A stretch of DNA of 45,548 nucleotides from Scenedesmus sp. PABB004 (lineage: Eukaryota). Below the pieces are notes generated by a model. That model was not told where the DNA came from. It worked only from the letters and a program-made list of their open reading frames with translations, and ran no database searches. Position 1 is the stretch's first letter. The number at the start of each line of letters is the position of its first letter. Shown one piece after another: positions 16,540-27,434 of the stretch. The DNA lies in NCBI GenBank assembly GCA_014905635.1, contig JABVCE010000003.1:1798001-1843548 (forward strand), read 5' to 3'. The position numbers were made by a program, and so were the translations under genes.

Positions 16540-17107
16540 GGCGGGCCCTCGCGGAGTGTGCTGCTGCTGCTCGCAGCTCGGCCCGGTGCCGGCAGGCCAC
16601 GGCGAGCCGTCGATCGGGCTGAGGTGTGTGGTCTGAGGGACCGGAGCAGCGGGGGAGGGCGCCAGGCGCTGCCCGGCAGGCACGCCGTCAAACAGCACGC
16701 GGCCGAGGCGTGCCGTGCCGGTGGCGACAAAACGCTCTGCCGACCGCGCTGGGCTGCCAGTGCCCCGGTGAGCTCGCCGAACTGTTTTGCCGACCGCGCT
16801 GCACACAGTGCACCGCCGCGCGGCCGCCACCGCCGCAGCGCGCACCGGCGCGCTCGGCCGGCGCGTGCCGCGCACGCCGGTGCGTGCGGCGCCTGGGGGC
16901 TCGCCGCTGGGCCGCCCCCAGCTCGTCCGGATCGCCGCCGCGCCGCCGTGAGCGACCCGCCGCGCGGCCGCCACGCGTGCGCGACCCGGCCCCGTTGACG
17001 CGCGGCGGCGCGCCTCAGAGCGTGGCGCGCTGCGTGGTGCTCGCACCATGTCGGGCAACGACAGCTCGGCAGCGGCGGGGCGGATGCTGACCGGCGCGCT
17101 GCCCACA

Positions 17108-17945
17108 GGCAGCGGTGCAAAGGCCGCGGTGCAGGGCATGGGCTCGGTCGCGGAGCTGCGGCGGCTGCGCGGCGAGGCGCGGCGGGCGGGGCTCAACCCG
17201 CCGCCGCGCCTGCTGGGCCCGCGGCCCAAGGCGCCCGAGGGGCCCACATGGGACGCGCGCCTGGGGCTCTACACACTGCCCTTCCCCGGTGCGCCTGGGC
17301 CCCTGCTGACGCCCCTGGCCGCGCGCGCGGCGCGCACGAGCCGACCTGACGCGCCGCGCCGCGTCGCCGCCGCCGTGCCAGGCGCCGACGCGAGCGTCGT
17401 GCGGCGCACGCAGTCTGCGCTCGCGGCCGCCGGCGAGCCCGCCGTCCACTTCACTGCGCGCTTCACCGTCCCGAGCGCGTGGGCGGCCGTGCAGTTTGTG
17501 TTCTGGGCGGGCCTCGTCTTCAGCACGCTGTGCAAGGCCGCCTGGGGCCGCGCGCTGCTGCTCAGGTGTGCGCGCGGCGCGCGGAGCCGGCGCCCAGCTG
17601 GCTGCGCGCGCAGCAGCAGGCGCGGCCACCACGCCCGCGCGCCCGCGTGCCGCCAGGTTCCCCGGCTTTTTCAGCCGCGGGCTCGTGACCCACGCGGGCC
17701 CGAGCGAGGCCCAGATGGCCGCCACGACCACGACGCTCGACTTTTTCGCGGCGGGCTGGTCCGCGCCGCCGCCGCCGGGCGTGGCGCCGGGAGCGCCGGA
17801 CCGCGCGGTCCACGCGCAGGTGACGCTCGGTGACCCAGGCTATCGTTGCACCGCGGTCATGCTCGTCGCGGCCGCGGCGACGCTGCTGGAGGACGATCGA
17901 AACGCGCTGCTCGCGGCCGTCGGCGGGCGCGGCGGCGTGTTCACG
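17108..17945 (+). pseudogene. Saccharopine dehydrogenase-like oxidoreductase (SCCPDH) C-terminal fragment; N-terminal Rossmann domain absent and C-terminus interrupted
   Basis: AAVQGMGSVAELRRLR, PFPG|ADASVVRRTQ, GRALLLR|FPGFFSRG, GPSEAQM, DPGYRCTAVMLV and GGVFT match the SCCPDH C-terminal half. There is no room or motif for the N-terminal NAD-binding domain upstream, and the satellite begins right after GGVFT. Confidence 0.7.
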
Positions 17946-17947
17946 GT

Positions 17948-19032
17948 CGGGCCAAAACCCGGCCCCGCCCCGCCAAAACTCGCGCTCCCGCGGCGCCGCC
18001 GGGCCAAAACCCGGCCCCGCCGGGCCAAAACCCGGCCCCGCCCCGCCAAAATTCGCCCTCCCGCGGCGCCGCCGGGCCAAAACCCGGCCCCGCCGGGCCA
18101 AAACCCGGCCCCGCCCCGCCAAAATTCGCCCTCCCGCGGCGCCGCCGGGCCAAAACCCGGCCCCGCCCCGGCAAAACCTGGCCCCGCCCCGCCAAAATTC
18201 GCCCTCCCGCGGCGCCGCCGGGCCAAAACCCGGCCCCGCCGGGCCAAAACCCGGCCCCGCCCCGCCAAAATTCGCGCTCCCGCGGCGCCGCCGGGCCAAA
18301 ACCCGGCCCCGCCGGGCCAAAACCCGGCCCCGCCCCGCCAAAATTCGCCCTCCCGCGGCGCCGCCGGGCCAAAACCCGGCCCCGCCCCGCCAAAACCTGG
18401 CCCCGCCCCGCCAAAATTCGCCCTCCCGCGGCGCCGCCGGGCCAAAACCCGGCCCCGCCGGGCCAAAACCCGGCCCCGCCCCGCCAAAATTCGCGCTCCC
18501 GCGGCGCCGCCGGGCCAAAACCCGGCCCCGCCCCGCCAAAACCTGGCCCCGCCCCGCCAAAATTCGCCCTCCCGCGGCGCCGCCGGGCCAAAACCCGGCC
18601 CCGCCGGGCCAAAACCCGGCCCCGCCCCGCCAAAATTCGCGCTCCCGCGGCGCCGCCGGGCCAAAACCCGGCCCCGCCCCGCCAAAACCTGGCCCCGCCC
18701 CGCCAAAATTCGCCCTCCCGCGGCGCCGCCGGGCCAAAACCCGGCCCCGCCGGGCCAAAACCCGGCCCCGCCCCGCCAAAATTCGCGCTCCCGCGGCGCC
18801 GCCGGGCCAAAACCCGGCCCCGCCCCGCCAAAACTCGCGCTCCCGCGGCGCCGCCGGGCCAAAACCCGGCCCCGCCCCGGCAAAACCTGGCCCCGCCCCG
18901 CCAAAATTCGCCCTCCCGCGGCGCCGCCGGGCCAAAACCCGGCCCCGCCCCGCCAAAATTCGCCCTCCCGCGGCGCCGCCGGGCCAAAACCCGGCCCCGC
19001 CGGGCCTAAACCGCCCCGCCAAAATTCGCCCT
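17948..19032. repeat. Tandem satellite/minisatellite, about 15 copies of a 73-bp unit (21+21+31-bp subunits; some 52-bp units)
   Basis: The AAAATTCGC[C/G]CTCCCGCGGCGCCGCC core recurs every 73 bp (about 18051, 18124, 18197 ... 18781). Subunit GGGCCAAAACCCGGCCCCGCC. Confidence 0.97.
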
Positions 19033-19403
19033 CTAGGCACCGTCTTGCTGTTGCGCCCGATCGCGTTGGCCTTCCACGCGCTGAAGGGCGGGTGAAGGTG
19101 TGCCTGCCGGTCTCGTGCACCGCGGCTGCTTTTTCGGCGCGCGCCACTGAACAAGCGCGGTGCGCGGCGCAGCGGCGGTCTTGCGGCGCCGCCCCGGTCG
19201 ACCGCTCACGCCGCGGCCCCCGCCATCGTGCCGCCCGTCCCGCCGCCGCGGTCTCCGGCACCGCGCCACGCGCACCCGGCGACCGCCCGCGCAGCAGCGC
19301 TCGTCAACGAGGCCCCGGCGCCTCACGCGCGTGCCGCGTGCTCCCCGGCCGCCCACGCATGCAGGACGGGCTCTGAGCCCGTGTCCGGCGCCGGCGGCGC
19401 GCG

Positions 19404-20897
19404 ATGGCGATCCGGCTGAGGTGGGGCGGGCCTGGATGCAGCGGACAGCAGCAGCAACCTCCGGCCCCCCGGCCCGGGCGCCCCTGATCGCCCCGCCCCC
19501 GGCTGTCCGTGCGCCGCAGGGAGCTCATCCGGGCGGTGCGGGCCTGCAAGACGGCCGCGGAGGAGCGGGATGTGATCGCAAAGGAGTCGGCGGCGCTGCG
19601 CGAGGCGTTCCGCGAGCAGGACGCGCGCTACCGGCACCGCAACATCGCCAAGCTCATGTACATCCACATGCTGGGCTACCCCACGCACTTCGGGCAGATG
19701 GAGACGCTCAAGCTCATCGCGGCAAACGGCTTCCCCGAGAAGGTGGGGTCGCCGCGCTGTGTGCAGCGGCGGCGGCGGCGGCCGGCGGCCGCGCCGCTCG
19801 CCGGCCGCTCACCGGCCGCCGCGCCCTCTGCCGCCGTGCCCCCTCTGCCGTGCCCCCTGCCCCCTGCCGCCCCGCGCGCGCACGCGCAGCGCATCGGGTA
19901 CCTCGGGCTCATGCTGCTGCTGGACGAGCGCCAGGAGGTGCTCATGCTCGTCACCAACTCGCTCAAGACAGACCTGGGCAACGAGAAGAACCAGTTCATT
20001 GTCGGCCTCGCACTCGCAGCGCTCGGCAACATCTGCTCAGCAGGCGCGCGCCCGCGCCGCGCGGCGCCGCGCGGGGCGGGGCGCACACACGCCAGCGCGC
20101 GCCGGAGTGGCGGCGCGGCGCGTGGCGCGGCGGGCGGGCGACGGCGCGCGCCGCGCCGCGCCGCGCGCGGCGCAGAGATGGCGCGCGACCTCGCGCCCGA
20201 CGTGGAGCGCCTGCTGGACCGCAACCCCAACCCCTACATCCGCAAGAAGGCCGCCCTCTGCGCGATCCGGTGTGCCCGCGGCGCCGGCCGGGCGGTGCCT
20301 GCCCGCGCCCGCTGCGCGCTGCCGCCGCTGACCTGGCGCCGCTGGCGTTGGGGGCTGTCAGGGTTCTGAAGAAGAACCCTGAGCTGCTGGAGGAGTTCCT
20401 GGACAAGGCGGCGGACCTGCTGCACGACAAGAACCAGGGCGTCGCGCTGAGCGGCGTGACGCTCATGCTGGCCATGGCGCAGCTCGACCCCCTCGCGGTC
20501 GAGCGCTACCGGTCGCACGTGCCCACGCTCTGCAAGATGCTGCGCGGCCTGCTGCAGGCGAGGCCCCGCGCGCGCGAGGGCGGCCGCCGTGCACCGCACG
20601 CGCGCCGCGGGCCGCACCGCAGGCCGACACGCGCGCTGCACCGCGCCACGCCGCGCGCCGCCGTCCGCCGCCGCAGGGCGGCTTCTCGCCCGAGTACGAC
20701 GTCGGCGGCATCACCAACCCCTTCCTGCAGGTCAAGATCCTGCAGCTGCTGCGCGTGCTGGGTGAGCGCGCCGCGCGAGGAGGGGGACCCCGTGAGGGGC
20801 GGCGGGCGAGCGCCCCTGCCGCCGCCGGGCCGCCTTTCGCGCCCCCGCTCACCGCGCCCCCGCTCACCGCACGGCCCGCTCACCGCGCGGCCCGTGC

Positions 20898-20928
<31 letters not shown>

Positions 20929-22420
20929 GCACCCCCCCCCCCCCAGGGCGCGGCCACGCGGAGGCGAGCGACGCGATGACCGACATCCTGGCCCAGGTGG
21001 CCGCCAACGTGGAGGGCGGGCGCAACGCGGGCAACGCGGTGCTGTACGAGGCGGTGGGCACGATCATGGGCATCGACACCCTCGGCGGGCTGCGCGTGAT
21101 GGCGGTCAACATACTCGGCCGCTTCCTCGCCGCGCGCGACAACAACATGCGCTACGTCGCGCTGCACACGCTCGCGCGCGTCGTCGGCGTCGACACGCAG
21201 GCGGTGCAGCGCCACCGTGGCACAATCGTGGAGTGCGTGAAGGACGCCGACGTCAGCATCCGCCGCCGCGCGCTGGAGCTCGTGTACGCGCTCGTCAACG
21301 AGGCAAACATACGGTGAGGGACACCAGGCAGCGGCGCACCACGCCGCCGCGGCGCACGCACGGCCGCAGGGGTGGCGCCCCCGCGCTGACACGCCCCCTC
21401 CTGCCCCCTCCTGCCGCACCACCGCGCGCGCAGCACGCTGACGCGCGAGCTGCTGGACTACCTGGCCGTGTGCGACGGCGAGTTCAAGCCCGACCTGACC
21501 GCCAAGATCGCGACGCTGGTGCAGCGCTACGCGCCGGACAAGCGCTGGCACGTGGACAGCATGCTGGCGGTGCTCGTGACCGCGGGCGCGCACGTGAAGG
21601 AGGAGGTCGTGCGCGCGCTGCTGGTGCTCATCGCCAACGCGGAGGACCTGCACGCCTACGCTGTGCGCCGCCTCTACGCGACCGCGGCGCAGCAGGGGCC
21701 CGCCGCGGAGCCCGCGCTGCTCACCGCGGCGGTGTGGTGCGTCGGCGAGTTTGGCGAGATGCTGCCCACGGGTGCGGCGCACTGCGGCGAGCGAGCGCGC
21801 GCGCCGGGCGACGCGAGCGGGCGCACGCAGCGCGCGCGCGCCCCGCCGCCGCTGCCGCTGCCGCCGACACGCGGCGCGCCGCCGCGGCGCCGCGGGCGGG
21901 CAGGGCGCGGCGGGCCGCTGCTGGACGGCGAGCCGCCGCTGGCGGTGAGCGAGGCGGACATCAGCGCCATGCTGGAGGAGCTGCTGCGCCGGCCCAAGCT
22001 GCCCGTGTCAGTGCGCCAGGTCGTGCTCACGGCGGCCATGAAGCTCACCGCGCGCCTGCCCAGCCAGGTGCGCGCCGCTGTCGCGGCGGCGGGGCCGAGC
22101 GCCGCGCGCGCCGGGCGCCGCCGCCACCAGCGGCGGCGGTGCGGGGCGCTCGAGCCCCGCGGTCCCCGGGCCCACCGGCGCGCGCCCGCTGCCGCCGGCA
22201 GGTGCCGCGGCTGCGCGCTCTGGTGGAGGCGCACGCCGGCAGCACCGCGCTGGAGGTGCAGTCGCGCAGCGTCGAGTACGGGCGCCTGCTGGCGGGGCAC
22301 GGCGGCATCACGGCGGGGCTGCTGGAGCGCATGCCGCCCCTGGACGAGGCAGAGTACAGCCGCAACCTCGCGAGCGGCGCGGTGCTCTCGCCGCCGCAGT
22401 CGGGCGGCGGCGCCGCGCCG

Positions 22421-22455
<35 letters not shown>

Positions 22456-23316
22456 GGCGGCGGCGGCGGCGGCGGCGGCGCGGGCGGGCGGCGGGCGGGG
22501 CGCCCGCCAGCGACGACCTGGTCGACCTGCTCGGCGGCCTCGACGCGGCGGCGGCCACCGTGGGCCGCGTCTCGGGCGGCGGCGGCGGCGCGCTGGACGG
22601 CCTGGACGGCCTCGGCGGCGCGGCGCCGGGCGGCGCTGCAGCGGCAGCGGCGGGCGGCGGGCTGGACGACCTGCTGGGCCCGGGCCCCGCGGCGCCGCCC
22701 CTCGCGGGTGGCGGCGACATCCTGAGCATGCTCGGGGGCCGGGCACCAGCCCCGCACCAGCAGCCCCGGCCGCGGCGGCGCACGACCCGCTCGCCGGCCT
22801 GCTGGGCGGCCCCGCGCCGGCCGCGCCGGCCGCGCCGGCCGCGCCGGCGCAGGCGACCATGCCCGTGTTCAACCAGGGCGGCGTGAGCGTGACGTTTGCG
22901 GTCGCGGGCGCGGGCCCCGGCGGCGCGGCCATCACGTCCACCGCCACCAACGCGGGCCTCGACGACGTGGCCGACTTCAGCCTGCAGGCGCGCGCGCGCC
23001 GCGGGCGCCGGCCGGCGGGGGGCGCGGCGCTGGCGCAGCGCGGCGGCACGCACGCGGCGCGGCGCGGCCGTGACGCGCCCTGCCCCGCGTCGCCACCTCG
23101 CAGGCGGCGGTCCCCAAGTCGTGTACGCTGCGCCTGGAGCCCGCGTCGGGCACAGCGCTGCCGGCGCTGGGCGGCGCGGTGACGCAGCGGCTGCACGTGT
23201 CCAACGCCATGCACGGCCAGAAGCCGCTGGCGATGCGGCTGCGCGTCAACTTCAGCCGCGGCGGCGTGCCGCAGCAGCACCAGGTGGAGGTCACCGGCTT
23301 CCCGCCAGGGCTGTGA
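19404..23316 (+). CDS. AP1G: AP-1 complex subunit gamma (gamma-adaptin), multi-exon
   Basis: [90 protein letters not shown], and ear domain FSLQ|AAVPKS...EVTGFPPGL*. Confidence 0.97.
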
Positions 23317-23403
23317 CGCGGGGCGGCGACGTGGCGGCCTTGCACGAGGCGCTGAGCGCGTGCGGATGCGTTAACGAGCCTGTGCTTGCGTCTGCCAGGC
23401 GGG

Positions 23404-24087
23404 CGCCTGCCGCACGCAGCGCGCGCGGGTGTGCGCCGCCGCGCCGCACCGCCCCGCGCCGGCGCGCCCCGGCGGCGCCGCAGCGTGCGCGCCAGAGGCG
23501 CTCGCGTCGCTGCGGAGCTCGGGCCGTCGGGAGCGTCAGTCGGGGAGCGCAGGCGCTCCGTGACAGCAGGTGCCGGCTGGCGGGAAGTGCGCCAGACCGT
23601 CGGTGCCGCCACGCGCAGTGCTGCAACGCGCTCCATACGCCGCATATATCACGATCAGCTCACTCCAGGACTTTACGGCCGGCCAGCGTGCGCGTGTCGC
23701 ACGAGCCATTTCGCGCTCCCGCGCCTGGCGCTCCGCGGCTCGCAACGGCAGCTCGATCGCGCCTTGAGAGCTGTGTGTGACTGCGGGGGACGCACGGCCA
23801 GCTCTCAACTCGCGTGCGCGGCGGGCCTCCACCGAGCCACGCCCATTCTCAGCTTGGCCCACCGCCATGCACGCCGTCCCGGCCGCGCCAAGCGGTCGCG
23901 AAGGGAGCTAGAGCCATGAGCATGTCGCGGGTGGCGGCTGCCGTGGTCCTGCTGCTGGCCTGCGCCGCACCAGGGTGGGTGCTGCCGCTGTCACGCCCGG
24001 CCAACAGCTGGCCCGGCGGCGGGCGGTGCGGGCCTGCGCGCGCAGCAGCCCCGCGCCCCTGAGTGCGTGCCTCGCCACCTTGACTCC
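23404..24087 (+). repeat. 684-bp direct duplication, copy 1 (promoter, 5'UTR, signal-peptide exon and part of intron 1)
   Basis: Matches 25686-26369 at offset 2282. By eye only two mismatches (23991/26273 and 24027/26309). Confidence 0.95.
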
Positions 24088-25122
24088 CTGGCGACACGCT
24101 GACGCACCCGGCTTGCCTCCGCGCGCAGGCACCCCGGCGCCCTGCCTGCGCATGGCGGCAGCCGGCGGCGACTGGCCGCAGATGCGCCGTCGCGGCCGGG
24201 CATCTCTGGCCCGGTTGCGAAGCCAAAGCAGCCAGCCAAGCAGCAGCAGGCAGCCGTCAAGCTCAAGCTAGAGCAGGCGCCGGTGACCGCCGATGTCAGC
24301 GCAGGCGACATGGACTGGATTGCCGCCATGTCAGCGCCGACCGCTGTCGTCACGTGGCGTGCGAGCCAGGAGCCGGCCCAGCCAGACGGCGGCCCTGCAC
24401 TGGCCGCCGTGACGCTGGACGGCCGTCAGAGCCGCGCGCCCAGGGGCAGGCACGTCGTGGGCTGGGCCTGGACGCTGGAGGGCGGCCCCGCCGGCCAGCA
24501 GCAGCGCCTCATGCGCGAGGGCCCCGTGGCCAGCCTGAGCGGCCTGCCGCCGGGCAGCTACACGGCGCGGCTGGTGGTGCAAGACGACGCCGGCGGCGAG
24601 GGCGAAGACTCGCTGCGCATATCGCTCGGCGACGCGGCCGCAGCAGCGGCCCAGCCAGCGCCGCAGCCGCGCGCGCCGCCCCCGGCCGGCCCGGCGCCGC
24701 AGGCGCAGCCAACGCAGTCGATGCAGGTCGTGGTGCCGCCGGCGCGCCCGCAGCTGCAGCAGGCGCTGGTGATGGTGCCGCCGGCGCAGCGCAGGGACCA
24801 GCCGATGGTGCTGGTCCCGCTGGCGACGCAGCGCGACGCGCGCTCGCCGTCGCCGGCCGCGCAGCCGCCGGCGGCCCAGCCCCCTGCTGGGCAGCAGGCG
24901 GCGCCCGTCGCAGCGCCGCGGCAGCGCAGGGATGACGAGCAGGCCAATGCCAGCCAAGGCGGCACGGCTGCCTCGCAGTGGCCGGGGCCACCGGCCAGTG
25001 ACGCGGCAGCGGCGCCCTGGCCCGTGCAACCCCGGCCATCGTCGTCGCCACCGGCGCCCTCACCACAGGCATCACCGGCGTCGCCTCCGCTGCCGCCATC
25101 ACCGTCGCCCTCGCCGCCGCCG

Positions 25123-25192
<70 letters not shown>

Positions 25193-25319
25193 GCCCAGCG
25201 CAGGGCACCGCCGGGCCTGGCGCAAGGTGAGTGTCTGCAGCTGACAGCGGCGCTGGCCGACGGGCGACGTGACTGCGTGCCGCTCACGCCACCGCTGCCC
25301 TGCTTGTCTGCAACACGGC

Positions 25320-25351
<32 letters not shown>

Positions 25352-25610
25352 CAGTCCGAGCCCCAGTCCGAGCCCGAGGTGAGGCCCTGGCCAGCCAGCC
25401 AGCGCTTGGCGGTTGGCTGCGCGGCTGCGTGCGCGGCCTCTCACTGCCGCGCCCGCCGTGCGCAGCCCGTCGCCCAGCCCCAGTCCCTCGCCCAGCCCAC
25501 CGCCCTCGCCCTCGCCGGCGCCCTCCAAGGACTATGACGACTACGCGCCCGACCCGCCGCTGCCGTCGCCGCCGGCGGGCGCGCCCGCGACGGGCAGCGC
25601 GATCGACTGA
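23916..25610 (+). CDS. Secreted PKD/Ig-like domain plus proline-rich (SPn, (SP)n) protein, paralog 1; 4 exons
   Basis: Signal peptide MSMSRVAAAVVLLLACAAPG. PKD-like APTAVV..VTLDGRQS..GWAWTL..LPPGSYTARLVVQDDAG. Poly-Pro and SP exons, with phases consistent. Confidence 0.75.
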
Positions 25611-25685
25611 CGAGCGTCCGACAGCACAGCTGCTATGTGTGTGGCTGAATGCCGGTAACAAGCATGGCCCTGCGCCGCTGCCTGT

Positions 25686-26369
25686 CGCCTGCCGCACGCA
25701 GCGCGCGCGGGTGTGCGCCGCCGCGCCGCACCGCCCCGCGCCGGCGCGCCCCGGCGGCGCCGCAGCGTGCGCGCCAGAGGCGCTCGCGTCGCTGCGGAGC
25801 TCGGGCCGTCGGGAGCGTCAGTCGGGGAGCGCAGGCGCTCCGTGACAGCAGGTGCCGGCTGGCGGGAAGTGCGCCAGACCGTCGGTGCCGCCACGCGCAG
25901 TGCTGCAACGCGCTCCATACGCCGCATATATCACGATCAGCTCACTCCAGGACTTTACGGCCGGCCAGCGTGCGCGTGTCGCACGAGCCATTTCGCGCTC
26001 CCGCGCCTGGCGCTCCGCGGCTCGCAACGGCAGCTCGATCGCGCCTTGAGAGCTGTGTGTGACTGCGGGGGACGCACGGCCAGCTCTCAACTCGCGTGCG
26101 CGGCGGGCCTCCACCGAGCCACGCCCATTCTCAGCTTGGCCCACCGCCATGCACGCCGTCCCGGCCGCGCCAAGCGGTCGCGAAGGGAGCTAGAGCCATG
26201 AGCATGTCGCGGGTGGCGGCTGCCGTGGTCCTGCTGCTGGCCTGCGCCGCACCAGGGTGGGTGCTGCCGCTGCCACGCCCGGCCAACAGCTGGCCCGGCG
26301 GCGGGCGGCGCGGGCCTGCGCGCGCAGCAGCCCCGCGCCCCTGAGTGCGTGCCTCGCCACCTTGACTCC
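25686..26369 (+). repeat. 684-bp direct duplication, copy 2
   Basis: Near-identical to 23404-24087. Confidence 0.95.
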
Positions 26370-27401
26370 TCGCTGCACCGCAGGGCCACGCCAGCCGCCG
26401 CTGGCGACGGGGTGCGCAGGCTGGGTGCGCGGCCGCTGTCAGCCCTGGCCGCGCAGCCGACCGCGCTGCAGTTCAAGCTCAGGGGCGTGTCAGTCGCGCG
26501 GCGCCTGCATGCAGACAGCAGTGCAGCAGGCAGCGCTGGCGCCAAGGCCGGCGGCCATGCCGCCGCGCACGCTCCGCGCAAGCCGGCCGCAGCCGCAGCC
26601 AGCGTGGCCTCTCCCTCGCCGGCGCCGCAGCAGGCCGCGGCCGCGGTGGACTGGATTGCGGCGCTGTCCGAGTCCACTGCGGTGGTGAGCTCGCCCCGGC
26701 GGGGTCAGGTCTTTCCCGCGCAGACGGCGGCGGGCGGCGTCGTGCTGCTCGACGGCAGCGCCTCCAAGGCGGAGCGCGGCGGCTCCATCACCGCGCACAC
26801 GTGGGTCGTGACGCGCGTCGACGGCGCCGGCGCGCGCGTGGTGCACTCGTTCACGGGGCCGCGCGTGGAGGTCGCGCTGCCGCCCGGCACCTACTCCGCC
26901 GCGCTCACGGTCACCAGCCGCGCCGCGCCCAACGACGTCGCGGTGGCGAGCAAGGGCACCGACACGGTTCCGGCCTTCGTGGTCGCGCCGTACGCGCCGC
27001 CGCCGGCCGAGGAGGCCCCCGCGCCAGCCGACGCGGCGCCAGGGGACGCGGCAGCCAGCGAGCAGCTGGCGCCAGAGCAGCCGCCTGGCGGCGCGGGGGC
27101 GGGCGCCGCGGAGCCCGGGGGGCTGAGCGACGCCACACAGCCAGCGCCGGGCGCGGCGGGCGAAGGCGGCCCGCTGGCAGGCGACCCAGCTGCGGGCGAC
27201 GCAGCACAGAGCGGCGTGGCGCTCGGGGCTGGTGGGCTGGACGGCGCAGCCGACACAGCAGGCGACGGCTTCACCCGAGGCCCGATGCCGCCGGGCTTCA
27301 CGAGGCCCATTGTGAGGGACGACGTCAGCGGCGACGGTGGCAGCGGCGCCGGCAGCAGCGCCGGCGGCGCTGGCGGGGCAGTGGCGCCTGGCAGCGGCAG
27401 C

Positions 27402-27434
<33 letters not shown>

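Noticed and set aside
17948..19032. CRISPR-like array
   Set aside because: No unique spacers, no cas genes, and a eukaryotic context.
17496..19376. Repetitive ORFs open in all six frames (GPKPGPAPPK..., AKTRPR...)
   Set aside because: Translation of a stop-free 73-bp satellite. The unit length is not a multiple of three, so the same peptides cycle through the frames.
22480..22740. Two compensating frameshifts in the AP1G hinge (the DDLVDLLGG segment is in a different frame)
   Set aside because: Both fall in a garbled GCG run and a G5 homopolymer, typical of sequencing or assembly error. This is not evidence for recoding unless raw reads confirm it.
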